From: Acidothermus cellulolyticus 11B
Lineage (GTDB): Bacteria > Actinomycetota > Actinomycetes > Acidothermales > Acidothermaceae
Direction of reading: 5' to 3'
Assembly: GCF_000015025.1 (NCBI RefSeq)
Contig: NC_008578.1
Span: 1,530,001 to 1,562,000, forward strand
Length of the DNA: 32,000 nt
The position numbers and the translations under genes are program-made. How positions within the stretch are numbered: position 1 is the stretch's first letter; each line of letters starts with the position of its first letter. This document shows, one piece after another, positions 8,898 to 17,920 of the stretch. Under the pieces are notes generated by a model that had not been told where the DNA came from, ran no database searches, and saw nothing but the letters and a program-made list of their open reading frames with translations.

Positions 8898-10289
8898 TCA
8901 TCCAGCCGTTCGCGACACCGACCGCGGCCCGGTCAGCGACGCCACCGCCCGCTGCGCGCCCGCGATGCACGCCGGAATGCCGACACCGTCATACGCCGCG
9001 CCGCAGAGCGCAAAACCGGGCAGCCGAGCCGCGGCGCTGCGGATGCGGGCGACACGGGCGGCATGGCCGACGTCGTACTGCGGGAGTGCGCCGGCCCACC
9101 GGGTGACGATCGAATCGATCGGTTGCGCCCGCAGCCTAACGATCGCGCCCAGGTCAGCGAGCACGCCGGCGACGAGCTCGGCGTCGTCACGCTGCAGGTC
9201 GGCGGTGTCACCGAACCGGCCGATCGAACAGCGGACGACGGCAACGTCCGAACCGGCGTACCAGGGCCATTTCACTGACGAGAACGTGGCCGCCTTGACG
9301 AGCCGCCGTTCCACCGCCGGAACCAAGAATCCGCTTCCGGCAGGCAGATTCACCTGATCCGCCGGGAAGGCCAGCGTGACGACGGCGACGCTGGCGTACT
9401 CAATCCCGGCCAGTTCAGCCGCAAGACCCCCGGCCTCCGGCCCGAGCATCCGGGCGGCCGCCGGCGCCGGCACGGCAACCACCACGCCATCCGCGTCCAC
9501 CGCCTCCGGCGCGCTCGCCGGCCCGACGTCGCACCGCCAACCCGTCGGCGTGCGCCGCAACACCCGGACCATCGCCGAGGTCCGCAGCTCGACGCCGTCC
9601 GCGCGCAACACGTCGACGAGCGCCTCGCCGAGCCGGGCCACGCCGCCGGGAATCCCGGCGAAGACTGGGTCGGCGCCACCCGGCGGCGGCAGGTCCCGCA
9701 GGCCGCGCAGGAGCGAGCCGCGATCGAGGACGTCGACCAGCTGCGGCAGGGTGGCCCGCAGGGAGAGCCGGTCGGCACGCCCGGCGTACACCCCGCCGAG
9801 GAGCGGTTCAACCAGCCGGTCGACGACACCACGGCCGAGCCGGATCCCGATCCCGCGGGCGACGGGGACGTCGTCACCGACCGGAGTCGGGGGCAGGAGG
9901 AGGTCGGCGGCTGCCCGCAGGACGGCGGTCGGCGGCACGATCCCGGTAGCGGCAAGGCTGCGAAGGCTCCGCGGCACGCCCATGACATGGCCGGCCGGTA
10001 GCGGCCGGAGCCGGCCACGGGAGTAGACCGCAGCCTGGGTGGTCGCCGGCGGAACGAGCTCGCCACCAAGACCCACCTCGCGCGCGAGATCGACCGCTTC
10101 CGGACGCCGTGCCAGCAACGCCTCAGCCCCAAGGTCCGTGCTCACACCGGCCACCTCGGCGCGGAGCAGCTTGCCGCCGAACCGTTTCGACCCTTCCAGG
10201 ACGGTGACGGAGAATCCGCGGCGCCGGGCGTAGAAGGCTGCGCTCAGCCCGGCGATGCCGCCGCCGACGACGACGATCCGCGCGGTCAC
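8898..10289 (-). CDS. hemY: coproporphyrinogen III / protoporphyrinogen oxidase (FAD-dependent)
   Basis: 463-aa ORF with an N-terminal FAD GxGxxG fold ([16 protein letters not shown]). Its start overlaps the hemE stop (10286-10289). Confidence 0.87.
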
Positions 10290-11392
10290 CCGGCCGCCTC
10301 CGCCGCAGGATGTTCCGACCCGAACCGATCCACCGCAGTCGGCACCCCGCGCGCGGACCGGTCAGCACTCCACGCGTGCACGAAGTCGACGATCGCGGCA
10401 AGCACCCCGGGGTCAGTGGACGGGAGCACCCCGTGCCCGAGATTGAAGATGTGACCGCGGGCGGCCCGACCACGGATGAGCACGTCACGGACCGCGGCTT
10501 CCAGCACCGGCCACGGCGCAAAGACAACGGCCGGGTCAAGGTTTCCCTGGACGACGGCGTCCGCGCCGATGCGCCGGGCCGCAACGTCGAGGGGAACCCG
10601 CCAGTCCACGCCGACGACGTCCGCACCCACCGCCCTAAATTGCGGCAGCAATTCTCCGGTTCCGACGCCGAAATGGATGCGCGGCACGGGCAGGCCGGCG
10701 AGGAGTTTCCCGCTGTGCGGCGCGACGTAGCGGCGGTAATCGTCGGGGTGCAGTGCACCGGCCCAGGAATCGAATACCTGGACGACGCTCACACCCGCGT
10801 CGATTTGCGCGAGGAGAAATTCGCGGGAGATATCAGCAAGCCGGTCCAACAGGGCATGCCACGTCGCCGGATCCGAGTACATGAGGGCCTTGGTCACCGC
10901 GTGGTCCCGGGACGGGCCGCCCTCGACAAGATAGCTGGCAAGGGTGAACGGCGCGCCGGCGAATCCGATCAACGGAATTCCGGCAAGCTCGCCGACGAGA
11001 AGACGCACCGCCTCGACGATCGGTGTCATCGACCCGCGGTCCAACGGGCGGATTCGAGCGACGTCCGCCGCCCTGCGGACCGGTTGGTCGAACACCGGGC
11101 CGACTCCGGGCTCGATGCGCAGGGAAACACCGCTCAACGCCAACGGCACGGTGATGTCGCTGAAGAGGATGGCGGCGTCGACTCGGTATCGGCGAACGGG
11201 CTGGAGGGTGAGCTCGACAATCAGGTCGCGGTCGAGGCAGGCCTGCAGCATGGGAGTCTCCCCCCGGGCGGCTCGGTACTCCGGCAGGGCGCGACCGGCC
11301 TGCCGCATGAACCAGACCGGTGTCACCGGCGCCGGTTCGCCACGACAGACCCGGAGCAATGCGCCGTCGCTGCGGGGGAGGACGTCAGCCAC
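10286..11392 (-). CDS. hemE: uroporphyrinogen decarboxylase
   Basis: 368-aa ORF carrying the URO-D signature [15 protein letters not shown] near the N-terminus. Confidence 0.93.
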
Positions 11393-11446
11393 GGACCCAT
11401 CGTCGCACGGGCCGTGGCAGCCGCCCGCCGATGGGAACCACGCGGA

Positions 11447-12298
11447 TCATCCCGCGGCAAGCAGCGGGATTCCGGCCAACACCAGGACAATGCCGGTCGT
11501 CTGGATGTGACGCAGCCGTTCGCCGTCCAGGAACCGGGCGAGCAGCACGGTAACCGCCGGGTACAGCGACGCGAGAACGGCGACGACGCTCATCAGCCCG
11601 GAACGGCTTGCCACGGCGTACAGGCCGTTCCCCGCGACATCCGCGCATCCGACAAACAGAACGCGGGTGACGTCCCCCATCGGCCACCCGCGCACCGGCA
11701 TCCGCGGCCTGCGTGACCGCACACGGAAAAACCCAACACCAGCGAGAAAGAGAACGACGCTGGTGAGGCGCATGATGAGCAGCGTCATCACGACGCTGGT
11801 TTTCGCCCCGCCGGCAAGGAGAACGAACACCGTGCCGAAGCATCCGCCGGCCAGTGCGGCCAGCAGAATCGGCCTGCGCGTCCCCCCGCTCCGCAGCTCC
11901 GGACCCCCGGCGAGGATCACACCGACCACCGCTGCGGCAATCCCGAGAATCTGAGCCGCCGACGGCGCTTCGCCGCGCGCAATACCCACAATGACCGGGA
12001 TGCCAGCACCCGCGCCGGCAATCGGGGCAACCACACCCATCGTCCCGGTGGCCAGCGCCCGGTAGAACGCGCCAAGCCCGAGCAGCCCGACCACGCCGGC
12101 GGCCAACGCCCACGGGAGATAGCCAAGCGGGCTGGTGAATGCGCCGGAAGCGGCGGCGATCGGCAGCAAGACGGCGGCGCCGATCGCGTACGCCAGCGCG
12201 ACGACCACCAGCGGCTGATGCCGGCGGCTCACCACTCCGCCGACGTAATCGGAGCATCCCCACGTGACACTGGCGAAGAGCGCGAGAAAAGCCGCCAT
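11447..12298 (-). CDS. EamA/DMT-family transporter
   Basis: 283-aa ORF that is hydrophobic throughout (about 10 TM helices) with a two-fold internal EamA-like organisation. N-terminus: FLALFASVTWGCSDYVGG. Confidence 0.78.
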   Translation of the reverse strand: MAAFLALFASVTWGCSDYVGGVVSRRHQPLVVVALAYAIGAAVLLPIAAASGAFTSPLGYLPWALAAGVVGLLGLGAFYRALATGTMGVVAPIAGAGAGIPVIVGIARGEAPSAAQILGIAAAVVGVILAGGPELRSGGTRRPILLAALAGGCFGTVFVLLAGGAKTSVVMTLLIMRLTSVVLFLAGVGFFRVRSRRPRMPVRGWPMGDVTRVLFVGCADVAGNGLYAVASRSGLMSVVAVLASLYPAVTVLLARFLDGERLRHIQTTGIVLVLAGIPLLAAG

Positions 12299-12407
12299 GG
12301 TGCAAGCCTGTCAGAGCAGGTCGCCCGTCACGCCACCGGTGGTGACGGAACCCACGATCGAGGCTCGTCAGGGCTGGGACGGCGCAGCGGGCCGGACCTG
12401 CGGCCGG

Positions 12408-13625
12408 TCAGGAACCTGCCGACGCCGGTGCCGGCCGGCGCGACGCGGATCGCAGGGTACTGAGAAGTCTCAACCGAACGCCGCTGTGGAGAGCCGCAAC
12501 CTGGTATATCCGCGACGCCAGCGTCAACGCCAGCCCGCTGAAGAGAACCGCAGCCAGGAGAGCCAACCCCACCTGCCAACCGGGCACATGTCCGGCGAAA
12601 ATGCGCTGCGGCATCGCAACGGTGCAGAGCACCGGAAGGAACGAGGCGACCGTCACGGCCGCACCTTTGCCGATGAGGGCGAAAATATAGGTCGCGATAA
12701 CGAGAAGTTGGATGGGCATCGTCGCCGCAGGAACATCGGGAATTCGGGACGCCAACGCGCCGAGCCCGGCGAAGAGGAACGCGACGGTGGTGAAACCCAC
12801 CAGGTAGAACAGGAGAAACCAGCCGCCGGACCGAAGAATCGCGTCCAGATGCGGGATGCCGCCGACGGCCGCCGCCGCGGCCGCGGCTGCTGCGGCGTAC
12901 AGCGTCATCTGTGCAAAGGCGACGGCGACGTTTCCGACGATTTTCCCTGCCAGCAAAGCGCGTGCCGGTATCGCCGCCAGCAGCACCTCGACGACCCGCG
13001 ACTCTTTCTCCTCGGCCGCTCCGGTGGACATCGCGGTGCCGAAGAGCTGGCACGAGACGAAGAACAGCACACCGAAAGCGGCTGCAATGACGCGATCCGC
13101 GGCCTGGTCCTGGCGCTGCGGGACGAGCGCGACCGGGGTCACCCGGCTCGCGGCAATGAGTGCGTTCGGGGCAAGACCGGCCCGCACGGCGGCGTCCTGC
13201 AGGACGCCCCGTTGGACCGCCTGCGTCAGGTAGGCGACGAGCGTGGCGCTGGGCGTACGTTTCGCCACGACCAGCCAGCCCGAGCCGTCGCGTGGCGGCA
13301 CGAGCGCCGCGTCGATGCGCCCGGATCGGACGGCGGCTTCCGCCGACTGGCGATCGGAGAATTCCTGCTCCCGAATGACAATGGTGCCGTGCCGGCCGGC
13401 CACGGTCTGCACAATTGCCGAGGCATCCGCCGAAACGGCACCCACTCGGTACGTCGTCACCCGATTGGTAAGGAAATGCACGGCGATAATGCCGCCCAGC
13501 ACCGCGAGCAGCGTGATGCCGGTGGAGACCCGAACCGCCATGCTCGTCGCGGAAACCCGGATTTCGCGGCCGGCGACCAGCGGCCACGCCGCGCGGCGAA
13601 ACGCGCGCCGGAACCGGCGTATCAT
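12408..13625 (-). CDS. ABC-2-type transporter permease (NatB/YhaP-like topology)
   Basis: 405-aa ORF with one N-terminal TM helix, an extracytoplasmic loop of about 150 aa, then about 5 TM helices. Its start overlaps the stop of the upstream ATPase gene (13622-13625). Confidence 0.75.
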   Translation of the reverse strand: MIRRFRRAFRRAAWPLVAGREIRVSATSMAVRVSTGITLLAVLGGIIAVHFLTNRVTTYRVGAVSADASAIVQTVAGRHGTIVIREQEFSDRQSAEAAVRSGRIDAALVPPRDGSGWLVVAKRTPSATLVAYLTQAVQRGVLQDAAVRAGLAPNALIAASRVTPVALVPQRQDQAADRVIAAAFGVLFFVSCQLFGTAMSTGAAEEKESRVVEVLLAAIPARALLAGKIVGNVAVAFAQMTLYAAAAAAAAAAVGGIPHLDAILRSGGWFLLFYLVGFTTVAFLFAGLGALASRIPDVPAATMPIQLLVIATYIFALIGKGAAVTVASFLPVLCTVAMPQRIFAGHVPGWQVGLALLAAVLFSGLALTLASRIYQVAALHSGVRLRLLSTLRSASRRPAPASAGS

Positions 13626-14503
13626 CGCGTCACCTCCTGATAAATCTCAGAGAGGGGCCGGATCACCTCGGCAAAATGCGTCACCGGCCCGGATTGCAGC
13701 GCCCGTTGCAGCACCGCCTGCGCCCGTTGCGGCGTCTCGGGGATGAACACCACCCGGTCCGCTGTCTTCTCGGTGACGGTAATACCGGGCATTTCGTGGA
13801 TCCATTCACCGACAGCCGGGGCATCCAACCGCATCAGCGGGGCGTGCCGGGCGCGGAGTGCGTCAGCCGAACCGGCTGCGACGATCCTTCCGGCCGAAAT
13901 AATGACGATCTGATCGCAGAGCCGTTCGACGAGATCGAGCTGGTGACTGGAGAACAGCACCGGCACACCCTCAGCCGCTGCGGATCGTACCAGGCCGGCC
14001 ATCGCATGGACGGCGTCCGGATCCAGCCCGGAGAACGGTTCGTCGAGAATCAGCGCTCGGGGCCGATGCATCAAGGCGACGGCGATTTGCACCCGCTGCT
14101 GATTGCCCAGGGAAAGCTGCTCGAGTTTATCCCCGGCGCGGGACGTGAGGCCAAAAATGTCGAGCAATTCATCGGCGCGTTGCGCCGCCTGTCGTTTCGA
14201 CATCCCATGCAGCCGGCCGAAATACAGCAATTGTTCGCGGACCGGCTGCTTGCGGTACAGGCCGCGTTCCTCCGGCATGTAGCCGAAGGTGCGCTGCTCC
14301 TCGAGGCGGAGCGGTGCGCCGTCCCAGAGCAAGGCGCCGGAGTCGTACGGAACCAGTCCCATGACAATGCGCATCGTCGTCGTCTTACCGGCGCCGTTGG
14401 CTCCAACAAATCCGGTGATCTCCCCAGGGCGCAGCGTCATCGATACGGCGTCCAGCACCCGGCGCGGGCCGAACGCTTTGGTGATACTGCGCAGCTCGAG
14501 CAT
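13622..14503 (-). CDS. ABC transporter ATP-binding protein
   Basis: 293-aa ORF with Walker A GANGAGKTT, signature LSLGNQQR, Walker B ALILDEPFSGLD and H-loop FSSHQL. Confidence 0.92.
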   Translation of the reverse strand: MLELRSITKAFGPRRVLDAVSMTLRPGEITGFVGANGAGKTTTMRIVMGLVPYDSGALLWDGAPLRLEEQRTFGYMPEERGLYRKQPVREQLLYFGRLHGMSKRQAAQRADELLDIFGLTSRAGDKLEQLSLGNQQRVQIAVALMHRPRALILDEPFSGLDPDAVHAMAGLVRSAAAEGVPVLFSSHQLDLVERLCDQIVIISAGRIVAAGSADALRARHAPLMRLDAPAVGEWIHEMPGITVTEKTADRVVFIPETPQRAQAVLQRALQSGPVTHFAEVIRPLSEIYQEVTR

Positions 14504-14660
14504 GGCCCCGCCTTCCGCGCCGAGCGACGTCCGGTCTTCTCACCTGACGAATCCCGGATGATCGTACCGAGCGGACGGAACCGACCCCGGAGGCGCGGCG
14601 GGCCCTGCGGACGACGGGCGACACGGCGGGCGGATCCGCTGAACAAACCCGTCGTCGTCC

Positions 14661-14666
14661 TACGCT
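14661..14666 (+). promoter_or_regulatory. candidate -10 hexamer (TANNNT) implying a leaderless transcript for the DUF3000 gene
   Basis: TACGCT ends 6 nt before the GTG at 14673 and no Shine-Dalgarno sequence lies between them. Leaderless mRNAs with this geometry are common in actinobacteria. This is sequence pattern only. Confidence 0.3.
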
Positions 14667-14672
14667 GCCAGG

Positions 14673-15290
14673 GTGGCGAGTCGGCAACGGCCGTCGGAGC
14701 CGCCGGAGGCATTTGCGCGCGCGATCGCCGGGTTGCGCGCTGTGCGGTTGCGTCCGGAAATCCGGCTCGCCGAAGCACCGGCGCCGCAGCGGCTCGCGCC
14801 GTTCGCCCTCGCGTTCACCGGTGACATTGACGCGGCCGGCGAGGAGCTCGCCACCGGTCGGTTCGTCGTCCTGCACAATCCGGCGGGCGAAGAGACCTGG
14901 CAGGGCGACACCCGCGTCGTCGTGTACGTCCGGGCCCTGCTCGAACCGGAGATGGCCAACGATCCGTTCCTCCCCGCGGTGGCGTGGACCTGGCTCACGG
15001 AAGCCCTCACGCACCGGTTCGAGCCGGCCATGCCGGTTGCATTGGGCGGCACGGTGACCCGCGTCCTGTCGGAGTCGTTCGGGACGATGAGCAGCAGGCC
15101 GCCGAGCGCGCACGTCGAGCTTCGGGCATCGTGGACGCCGTCCGGTGACCTCACCGCTCATCTCGAGGCGTGGGGCGAAGTGCTCGCCTCGGCCGCCGGG
15201 CTGCCGCCATTGCCGCCCGGAGTAGCCGTTCTCCCCCCACCGGGCGATGCCCGGCGGACCGCCGCGACCCGGCCGCCGCGGCGGCGCTGA
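14673..15290 (+). CDS. DUF3000-family protein
   Basis: 205-aa ORF. The N-terminal region (FARAIAGLRAVRLRPEIRLAEAPAPQRLAPFALAF, FVVLHNPAGEETWQG) matches my recollection of the actinobacterial DUF3000 protein that normally sits between hemE and rnd. Confidence 0.78.
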   Translation: MASRQRPSEPPEAFARAIAGLRAVRLRPEIRLAEAPAPQRLAPFALAFTGDIDAAGEELATGRFVVLHNPAGEETWQGDTRVVVYVRALLEPEMANDPFLPAVAWTWLTEALTHRFEPAMPVALGGTVTRVLSESFGTMSSRPPSAHVELRASWTPSGDLTAHLEAWGEVLASAAGLPPLPPGVAVLPPPGDARRTAATRPPRRR

Positions 15291-15332
15291 GCCGGGTGAC
15301 GACCCGACGCCGATCCGGGTTACTGAACCGGG

Positions 15333-16436
15333 TTACGACGACGGCACGGGCTCGCTCCGCCGATTGCTCGGCGCAAGCGGCCCGCTCGGCGCCCCGCGCG
15401 GCATCCGCAGGGTGAGCGTCGTCCCGGGCTGCGGCCACGAGGTGATGTCCAGCGAACCGCCGGCCAGCCGGACCCGCTCCCGCAGCAAGCCAAGCCCGAC
15501 ATGCCGGCCGCGCTCCGGCCGGACCTGCTCCGGGTCGAAGCCCGGGCCGTCGTCGTGAACCACGGCGACCACGTGGGTTTCGTCAACCGTCAGCGAGATC
15601 CGGGCGATGTCGACGTCCGCATGCTTGACGACGTTGAGCAGCCCCTCCTGGAAGAACCGGTACACCGTCACCGCGGTGACCAACGGCAGCGGGTACGGCG
15701 AACTCGGCCACTCGATGAGAACCTCCAGCCCGTACCGCGTGCGCAGGTCGTCGCGGAGCGCAAGCACCGCCTGCGCGAGATCGCCGTCGCGGAGCGCGGG
15801 TGGTCGGGTCCGGGCCATCACCGCGCGCACTTGGTCCTCCGCCTCGGCGACCAGCTCACGGATCGTGACAAGATCGGATGGCTCCACCACCGGCGAGGTG
15901 AGCAGCGACCGCGCGAGCATCAGGGTCTGCGCCACCGTGTCATGCAGCTCGGCGGAGAGCTGACCTCGGGCGGATTCCTCCGCCTCCACCAGGCCGGAGA
16001 GCAGTTCGAACATGCCGGCACTTGCCGTCTCGGCCAACTGGCGGTGGCGGGCCGCGACGTCGTCCGAGACCCGGATCCGCAGGTGCAGCGCCTCCAATGC
16101 CCGGGCCAACTCCAGCAGCTCGGGAACAGCGCTGACCAGAACGTGGTCCTTGCTGTCGCCGACGAGCGGCGCGTGGGCGTCCTCCAGTCGATGCGTGGCG
16201 TTCTCCCGCAAATGCCGAAGGGCAACCGCGAACCGCCGCCCTGCCCGGTAGCCGACCCAGGCGCACAGCGCGGTCACGACCAGCGCAACACCAAGCGCGA
16301 GCCAGCTTGCTGCGTCCAGTCGATCAGCCGCGACGAGACCGAGCGTGACGACGATCAGCGCGGCTACTCCGCTGGCGGCCGCAAGACCACTCGTCCAGAC
16401 CGCAAGCGGAAATCCGTGTCCACGAAACGGTTTCAC
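15333..16436 (-). CDS. sensor histidine kinase, HisKA_3 (NarL-partner) class, intramembrane-sensing topology
   Basis: 367-aa ORF with two N-terminal TM helices separated by only about 8 residues (ADRLDAAS). It has the H-box LSAELHDTVAQTL and a C-terminal HATPase_c region (LLNVVKHA, DDGPGF, GLGLLRERV). The GTG start overlaps the stop of the upstream gene (GTGA, 16433-16436). Confidence 0.86.
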   Translation of the reverse strand: MKPFRGHGFPLAVWTSGLAAASGVAALIVVTLGLVAADRLDAASWLALGVALVVTALCAWVGYRAGRRFAVALRHLRENATHRLEDAHAPLVGDSKDHVLVSAVPELLELARALEALHLRIRVSDDVAARHRQLAETASAGMFELLSGLVEAEESARGQLSAELHDTVAQTLMLARSLLTSPVVEPSDLVTIRELVAEAEDQVRAVMARTRPPALRDGDLAQAVLALRDDLRTRYGLEVLIEWPSSPYPLPLVTAVTVYRFFQEGLLNVVKHADVDIARISLTVDETHVVAVVHDDGPGFDPEQVRPERGRHVGLGLLRERVRLAGGSLDITSWPQPGTTLTLRMPRGAPSGPLAPSNRRSEPVPSS

Positions 16437-17920
16437 CGCACTGATTGTGTCTGCTCATTGTCCGGCTGCGCCGCCTCCGGCAGCCGGATTCCGGGTGCCA
16501 CGCCGTCCGGCTTGGCGGTTCCCGGCAGCAGGCCGGTCGTGGTCCATTCGCCTTCGCGGCGGACCGGTGCACTGGGAGTCGCGTCCAGTTCGCGCAACGC
16601 CGGATCGGCGGCCAACGCAATGGCACCGAGCAGCGACGCAACCGCCCGTTCCACCGCGTGCAATTCCTCGACGATCTCCCGGACCGCATCGTTGCTGCCG
16701 GTGCTGGCCAGCCGCGCAAGCCGGGTCGCCGACTCGCGGAGCATGTCGAGCGCCGGCGCGGTGTCGGCTCCAAGGTCGCCGAGGCTGCGGGCGGCCTGGT
16801 CCGCCGCGTGAGCCCGGGCCATCGCGCGGTCGCGGGCAGCCGCGAGATCGGCGACGGAGAGCCAGGATTTCGCCTGGCCCACCAGCACCTTGACCAGAGC
16901 AACTTCACGACGTCCGAAGCTCGAGCTCCCCTCGGCCCGTCGCGCGATCATGACGGCCAACGGTCGGTCGTGCTTGCCGATGACGGCTGAGCAGAACGGA
17001 CGGCCCTCCTCAGAGCCGACCAACACGCCCCGGGCGCCCAGTGCGCGCAAGGCCCACGGCTGGTCGAAGGCGTGCGGGTCCGGTCGGCGCTGGGTTTGTC
17101 CGGACTCGTCACCGGTGTAGACGACCGGGCCTTCATGCTCCAGGACGACCAGCTCGACATCGGCACCGCCGAGCACCCGGGCGGCCGCGGTGAGGACGAC
17201 TCGGGCGGAGATGTCCACCGAATGCGTGACCGCCTGCTCTTGACCGCGGGCGAGCTCGGCGAAGAGCCGGGCCTCGGCGCTCTTGGACGTCTGCTCGTCG
17301 AAGGCCACCCAGAGGAGGAAGACCGGCACGAGCAGCCCGAGGAGACCGAACGGTGCGTGGACCATGAGCCACGAGGCGAGGAGACCGACGCTCGTCGTGC
17401 CGGCGGCGTGGACGGCGTACACGCCCGCGTCTTCGAAGATCATGGCTCGGAGACTCTGCCGGCCCATGATCGACAGCGGGATCGCCGACATCACTTGGTC
17501 GGTCATCCACCAGATGGCCATCGCCGCTGCACAGGCAACAACACCGCCGTGCAGGTGCACCGCCGTGTAGGCGGCGAGCGTGCCGGTAAGGAAGTACTGG
17601 GCAAGGTTGTAGAAAACCTTGAGCGGTGAGGACCGCTGCCGCAGGAGTGCCGGGAAGAGACCGAGGCAGGTCGCCGGGACGATCCACCAACCGGGGGCGA
17701 GGAGGAAGGCGCCGGCAAGAACGCCCTCGGTCATCGTGAAGGTCACGAGCATGCGGGCGATGGTGATGCTGATCCGCAGGATGTTCGCGGCAGCGACGAG
17801 GATCACCAGCAGCGGCAACGCCCACAGTGCGGGATGGCCCCAATGCGTCGCCGCGGCGAGCGGCAGGCTGGCCCCGATCGCCAGAATGGCGACGAGCCGG
17901 AGACGCCAGGTTGGGCTCAT
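16433..17920 (-). CDS. polytopic membrane protein (about 8 TM helices) with cytoplasmic GAF-like domain and helical tail; putative accessory sensor
   Basis: 495-aa ORF. Residues 1-207 are hydrophobic helices. Residues about 232-356 have a GAF-like pattern (ARVVLTAAARVLGGADVELVVL ... RPLAVMIARRAEGSSSFGRREVALVKVLVGQA). Residues 357-435 are predicted helical and include EELHAVERAVASLL. No kinase ATPase domain is present. ATGA overlap with the protease stop (17917-17920). Confidence 0.7.
   Translation of the reverse strand: MSPTWRLRLVAILAIGASLPLAAATHWGHPALWALPLLVILVAAANILRISITIARMLVTFTMTEGVLAGAFLLAPGWWIVPATCLGLFPALLRQRSSPLKVFYNLAQYFLTGTLAAYTAVHLHGGVVACAAAMAIWWMTDQVMSAIPLSIMGRQSLRAMIFEDAGVYAVHAAGTTSVGLLASWLMVHAPFGLLGLLVPVFLLWVAFDEQTSKSAEARLFAELARGQEQAVTHSVDISARVVLTAAARVLGGADVELVVLEHEGPVVYTGDESGQTQRRPDPHAFDQPWALRALGARGVLVGSEEGRPFCSAVIGKHDRPLAVMIARRAEGSSSFGRREVALVKVLVGQAKSWLSVADLAAARDRAMARAHAADQAARSLGDLGADTAPALDMLRESATRLARLASTGSNDAVREIVEELHAVERAVASLLGAIALAADPALRELDATPSAPVRREGEWTTTGLLPGTAKPDGVAPGIRLPEAAQPDNEQTQSVR

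Noticed and set aside
12325-12348. Hairpin CCGTCAC-N10-GTGACGG between the ABC permease stop and the eamA start
   Set aside because: The stem is only 7 bp, with competing registers and no U-tract. I cannot distinguish a terminator or attenuator from chance.
15315-15336. CCGGGTTAC direct repeat at the kinase stop
   Set aside because: The 9-mer is too short to interpret alone. It is mentioned only as a parallel to the larger 3'-end duplications.
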